A DNA stretch of 64,000 nt from Smithellaceae bacterium. Its GTDB lineage: Bacteria > Desulfobacterota > Syntrophia > Syntrophales > Smithellaceae. Positions 59,817 through 64,000 of this stretch are shown here, piece by piece; within the stretch, counting starts at the first letter, position 1, and each line of letters begins with the position of its first letter. The stretch covers positions 3,136,001 through 3,200,000 of the forward strand of contig CAXXVL010000002.1 in assembly GCA_963667845.2 (NCBI GenBank), in the 5' to 3' direction. Both the position numbers and the translations under genes were made by a program. The notes under the pieces were generated by a model. It did not search any database. It worked only from the letters and a program-made list of their open reading frames with translations, and had not been told where the DNA came from.

Positions 59817-62018
59817 ATGAGCAGCTTCAGACAAACAGGGTCTGTCCTCATTACACTCATTATCGCCATGCTGCTGCTGGGTGTCCTGGGGGTCGGTATT
59901 TACAGTCTGACGACGGCCTCCAGTTTCACGGGCCTTTTATCCAACTCCAACGACCAAGCCTATCAACTGGCGCAAGCCGGCATCCGTTACAAGATTAAGA
60001 ATTTGTCGGATACGAATACCATCGGCGACTTTCGGCTACCCGATGACAAGCACATGTTCAATATTGCCTATAACGATACGACCAAAATCATCACATCCAC
60101 GGGCATCGTTAACGCGGGTACTTTTTTCGAAGCCAGGCGGGTCATCACCTATGATGTGGCTACATACTGGAAGCTGCCCGATACGAGTTCCGGCGGTACC
60201 ATCACACCCGGTCCGGGAACCAATCCGAATGAGCTTGGAGGTGATGCAATCGTAACAAATCCCGACGGCAGCTTTAATCTCGGCAACAATATAAGTGATT
60301 CATCAGGTTCGATCTGGTATCAGGGCAGCAGCAGCGCGGGCAACTGCAATTCCGGGGCCTGCGCATTTAATTATGGTTTGCGCGCGTATTTCGACCTTAC
60401 TTCTACCGAAGATAATTCGGCAGACAGCATGTTCAGGGGCGACGGGTTTACCTTTACGGTTCTGAGTGCGATCAACAATACACGTGATCGGACAGGCGGA
60501 GCGCCCCCGGGCGCCAGCATGGGTGAGTTACTGGGTTATGCCGGTCCGGGAAATACATCCGATAAGCTAGGCCTCAAGCCGCCCAAAATGGCTATGGAAT
60601 TTGACACCTATCCAAACACCGGCGCTTTAACGTATAACGGTTGCAGCGGCGGCAGGAATGATAATAGTAACAATAATCATATTGCTTGGCTGTTTTGGGG
60701 ACTGAATCCGAGCGCAAGCACGATGTGCAGCGCATCTTCCACCGTCGGCAATACGTATCCTCAGGCCAGTTTCGATGACAACATACATGGGCAGGGATCA
60801 GGCGATACCAGCCCGCCTGTAAATTCCTATTATGGATACGCGGGCGGCGGCTATTACGAGGGAACTAAGAGCCTCACGACATCCAACTGCCTAAGTGCTC
60901 CCGGAACGCTATGCAACTGGATGGAAGACGGTCACACTTACAGTGCGCGGGTTGAAATCATCCGCATCACCTCCGGAACCGGCGGACTTTACAAGGTCAT
61001 GGGCTGGATCTACCGCGACACCGAGCTACCGACCGCTCTTGCTCAGTATCGTGATATTACCAGTCCCTACACTTCAACTAGCCCACAGATCACCAGAACG
61101 GTGACACTTTCTGCGGCGGATCACAATGCCTTGAGCCAGGTTTTTTTCGGCTTTACTGAAGGAACTGGCGGCAGAAATCAGAACATCAAGATCAGCAACT
61201 TCAAAGCCTTCTTCCCACTTACCTGTCCGGCCATCATCAATCCGGTCAGTCAGGCGGTGGCGTATGGCGGAGCAACCGGCCAGACCATATCGGTCACGGC
61301 CGGCACGGGCTGCGCCTGGACGGCAGTGAGCAACAATGCCTGGATTACAATTACCGGCGGCGCCAGCGGAGCCGGCCCGGGGACAGTTACTTACGGCGTT
61401 GCTGCTAACACCGGCACTGCGAGGACTGGCACGATTATTGTTGCTGGTCAGACCTTGGCAGTCAATCAGGGCGCTGCACCGCCGCCGACTTGCACCCTTG
61501 TGGACAGTCCGCATATCTTGCCCTACAACAATACTACAACTTTGACATGGACAATTACCAATGGTCCGGCCGATGGCATATGGTCTTCATCTCCTGGCGG
61601 AACATGCGGCGACTTCACAGCCTCTAACGGCGGTTCCTGCACCACGGGCAATCAAATCACCGCGGGAGCGAGAACCTATACCCTGACCGTCAGCAATGCC
61701 ACCGGCAGCAATACCTGCTCAACAACCTTCTATGTCGGTTGCAGCGGGTACACGGTCTATAATAGTACTGGCGACAGACGCTACTTTGCAGTGACTGGGT
61801 CGGGTTGTGTTAGGGTTAGAGACGGAAATGCAATTACAAACAACAGCTTGAACACGGGGGACACGATATCACGATGCAGTCTAACTGATTTTGCTTGCTC
61901 ATCGCCTTTAGGCAGCATCAATTACACTAATGCCATGAATGCCGATATCCTACCCAATGGAGGTAATGGTAACTGTCAGGTCAATTATAACAACAACGAC
62001 ACAGTAAGTGACCACTAA
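59817..62018 (+). CDS. PilX/GspK-like pilin fused to an L-type lectin domain, a BACON domain and a Cys-rich tail (putative adhesin)
   Basis: G|SVLIT with no Glu+5, QAYQLAQAG; lectin motifs GDGFTF, LLGY, EFDT, NHIA, FGFTEGTG; BACON-like CAWTAVSNNAWITIT..GTVTY.V.AN..RTGTI. Confidence 0.78.
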   Translation: MSSFRQTGSVLITLIIAMLLLGVLGVGIYSLTTASSFTGLLSNSNDQAYQLAQAGIRYKIKNLSDTNTIGDFRLPDDKHMFNIAYNDTTKIITSTGIVNAGTFFEARRVITYDVATYWKLPDTSSGGTITPGPGTNPNELGGDAIVTNPDGSFNLGNNISDSSGSIWYQGSSSAGNCNSGACAFNYGLRAYFDLTSTEDNSADSMFRGDGFTFTVLSAINNTRDRTGGAPPGASMGELLGYAGPGNTSDKLGLKPPKMAMEFDTYPNTGALTYNGCSGGRNDNSNNNHIAWLFWGLNPSASTMCSASSTVGNTYPQASFDDNIHGQGSGDTSPPVNSYYGYAGGGYYEGTKSLTTSNCLSAPGTLCNWMEDGHTYSARVEIIRITSGTGGLYKVMGWIYRDTELPTALAQYRDITSPYTSTSPQITRTVTLSAADHNALSQVFFGFTEGTGGRNQNIKISNFKAFFPLTCPAIINPVSQAVAYGGATGQTISVTAGTGCAWTAVSNNAWITITGGASGAGPGTVTYGVAANTGTARTGTIIVAGQTLAVNQGAAPPPTCTLVDSPHILPYNNTTTLTWTITNGPADGIWSSSPGGTCGDFTASNGGSCTTGNQITAGARTYTLTVSNATGSNTCSTTFYVGCSGYTVYNSTGDRRYFAVTGSGCVRVRDGNAITNNSLNTGDTISRCSLTDFACSSPLGSINYTNAMNADILPNGGNGNCQVNYNNNDTVSDH

Positions 62019-62041
62019 CGGTCCCATATTTTCTGATATTT

Positions 62042-62085
62042 AAAATGAAAACCCCGTGCTCATAAATCACGGGGTTTTCATTTTT
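62042..62085. terminator. Bidirectional intrinsic terminator between the pilin cassette and the ECF sigma gene
   Basis: 17-bp perfect inverted repeat AAAATGAAAACCCCGTG-9nt-CACGGGGTTTTCATTTT. Confidence 0.9.
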
Positions 62086-62182
62086 CAAAATATGTTTTAA
62101 TAATTAAACTTGGTATTCTTTATCGGCACACGGCAGGGAAATGATGCGGTTCGCAATCAAGAAATGAGAATTCAATCCTTCT

Positions 62183-62746
62183 TCATGAATAATTATCACC
62201 TATCAGTTGCTTCAATCGCTCCAGTCCCCGGTAGACCCGCATTTTGACAGCGCTGACGGAATCGCCCGTTATGTCGGAAATTTCTTCAAAGGTCAGATCT
62301 TGCTGGTATTTTAAAATGATGGCCTCCCGCATATCGACCGGGAGTTTTCGCATATTCTCCTCGAGCTTTTTCATGCGGTCTTCGGAATGCAGGTCCCCTT
62401 CTCTTCCATCATTTCCCTGTATCGGCGGTTCAGAGCTAATGCAATCGAATGCGCGGGGAAAATCATTTCTCGCTTTTTTTCTCAAATGGTTGCGGATAAG
62501 ATTGATGCCGATCGTATAAAGCCAGGTGAAAAATTTCTTTTCCGGGTCGAATTGATGAAGTTTTTGATACGCCCGGATGAATATTTCCTGTGTAAGGTCA
62601 TCCGCGTCTGAATAGGTGCCTGTCATGCGAAATGCCAGATTAAATACAGGCGCCTTGTAGGCATCAATGATCTTCGCGTAGGCTTGCCGGTCGCCTCTCA
62701 GAACCTCAGCAACAACTTCTGCGTCCGTCTTTTGATCCATTGTCAC
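62183..62746 (-). CDS. ECF (group IV) RNA polymerase sigma factor
   Basis: Region 2 (DADDLTQEIFIRAY, FFTWLYTI..N) and region 4 (LTFEEIS....SVSAVKMRVYRG). Confidence 0.95.
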   Translation of the reverse strand: MTMDQKTDAEVVAEVLRGDRQAYAKIIDAYKAPVFNLAFRMTGTYSDADDLTQEIFIRAYQKLHQFDPEKKFFTWLYTIGINLIRNHLRKKARNDFPRAFDCISSEPPIQGNDGREGDLHSEDRMKKLEENMRKLPVDMREAIILKYQQDLTFEEISDITGDSVSAVKMRVYRGLERLKQLIGDNYS

Positions 62747-62929
62747 ATACTGTCCGGTGCCGATTTTTTAATTCTTCAAAGCATAAGACTGCTGCGCATA
62801 TCTATAAAGACCCTATTATCACCATCAATGAATATCAAGTAAATTCAATGTAATGATAAAATATTTTTGGACAAATGATTATAAAAATAGTAAGCGTTCG
62901 TACACCGCAATACTTGGGAGCCGCCTTCG

Positions 62930-64000
62930 ATGCTATTTGATAAGACAGTTGCTGTTGTTGTCCCCGCATACAATGAAGAAAAACAGATCGGCCACGTCCT
63001 TTCAACCATGCCCGGTTTCGTTGATCGCATCATTGTGGTTAACGACTGTTCAAAGGACAACACGGCCGGCGTTGTTATGGCCTATATCAATCAAGATTGC
63101 GCAACCGGGAAAGTTATCAGCGAAGACCGATCCCAAATCGACGGCAATAAATATGACAGAGTGGAAACGCTGCTGAAAGATCAACAACAGAGGGACATTC
63201 AATATTATACACCCTCCGAAATAGCCAACACGCATCCCGACAGCGATCGGGTCATCCTGATCAACCACTTGAAGAATGGCGGCGTCGGCGCCGCCATCGC
63301 CCGCGGCTATAAATGGTGTCTCGACCACGCTATCGACTGCACGGCTGTTATGGCCGGCGACGGTCAGATGGATCCCGCCGAACTGGAAAAGATATGCAAC
63401 CCGATTTTGACCGATGACATCGACTACGTGAAAGGTAACCGGCTCATTCACGGCGGTGCTCGTCTGGTCATACCCAAGACGCGTTTTTTCGGCAATTCCA
63501 TCCTGTCGATATTAACCAAGATCGCCTCCGGCTACTGGCATGTCTCCGACACACAGACAGGATATACGGCCATTTCTCTTTCCGCGTTAAACGCGATTAA
63601 GATTCATGACATTTACCCCAGATACGGCATGCCCAACGATATGCTCGTTAAGCTGAATATTGCCTTCTGCACGATAAAAGAAATCAAAATCAAACCCGTT
63701 TACAATGTCGGCGAGACCTCTAAAATGAAGGTGCATAAAGTGATTCCCCGCATTGCATGGCTGCTTTTCAAAAGTTTCTTTAAAAGACTCTGGGTGAAAT
63801 ATCTTTTCCGTGATTTTCATCCGCTTTTTCTGCTTTATCATTTTGCCATCGTGGTGGGCCTCATTTCTTTGCCGTATGCCGTCAAGGTTCTAACGTATAC
63901 TCTTTTCCAGGAAACGGTTTCAGCCACGACAATGTTGGCATTTTTCTTCTTATTTACCAGTAGCTTTCAGTCGCTTTTATTCGCTATGTGGATGGATATT
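62930..64000 (+). CDS. Glycosyltransferase family 2 (DPM1-like) with C-terminal TM helices; 3'-truncated, so absent from the ORF track
   Basis: Manual translation MLFDKTVAVVVPAYNEE..VVNDCSKD..NGGVGAAI..MAGDGQMD..YVKGNR; GGGAG SD. Confidence 0.9.
   Translation, partial: MLFDKTVAVVVPAYNEEKQIGHVLSTMPGFVDRIIVVNDCSKDNTAGVVMAYINQDCATGKVISEDRSQIDGNKYDRVETLLKDQQQRDIQYYTPSEIANTHPDSDRVILINHLKNGGVGAAIARGYKWCLDHAIDCTAVMAGDGQMDPAELEKICNPILTDDIDYVKGNRLIHGGARLVIPKTRFFGNSILSILTKIASGYWHVSDTQTGYTAISLSALNAIKIHDIYPRYGMPNDMLVKLNIAFCTIKEIKIKPVYNVGETSKMKVHKVIPRIAWLLFKSFFKRLWVKYLFRDFHPLFLLYHFAIVVGLISLPYAVKVLTYTLFQETVSATTMLAFFFLFTSSFQSLLFAMWMDI

Noticed and set aside
963..63841. Numerous antisense or nested ORFs in the track (e.g. 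20398-20991, 33189-33689, 48897-49511, 51546-52109, 63050-63451)
   Set aside because: They shadow well-supported genes on the other strand or frame and carry no recognisable motifs
1..64000. CRISPR arrays, IS elements, prophage or defence genes
   Set aside because: No regularly spaced repeats, transposase, integrase, reverse transcriptase or phage proteins were seen by eye

Overview
A 64-kb stretch of mostly core chromosome from a bacterium. Gene content and order suggest a deltaproteobacterial (Desulfobacterota, Syntrophus/Smithella-like) anaerobe; this is inference. It holds about 55 housekeeping CDSs: hom, iorAB, dnaE, guaB, phoH/ybeY, prfB with its +1 programmed frameshift, lnt, tig-clpP-clpX-lon, lysC, folP, ftsH, tilS, panB, miaA, csp, pepA and others. 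There are four tRNAs (Asp, Val, Leu, Pro). A XerCD dif-like site sits at 6934-6961, and gene direction and KOPS octamer polarity converge on it, so the window probably spans the replication terminus. No transposase, integrase, prophage or CRISPR array was seen. Best leads: (1) a ~215-nt, densely base-paired, apparently non-coding element I do not recognise, directly upstream of a translationally coupled pair, a miaA-type gene and an uncharacterised glycosyltransferase-fold gene; (2) an accessory cassette of four minor pilins, ending in a PilX-like pilin fused to an L-type lectin and a BACON domain, bracketed by a separated anti-sigma-like gene and ECF sigma gene; (3) a pan-motif RNA plus terminator ahead of DUF2520(panG)-panB; (4) further unrecognised structured leaders before iorAB and a B12/radical-SAM operon. 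All RNA structures were folded by eye and no database searches were run.
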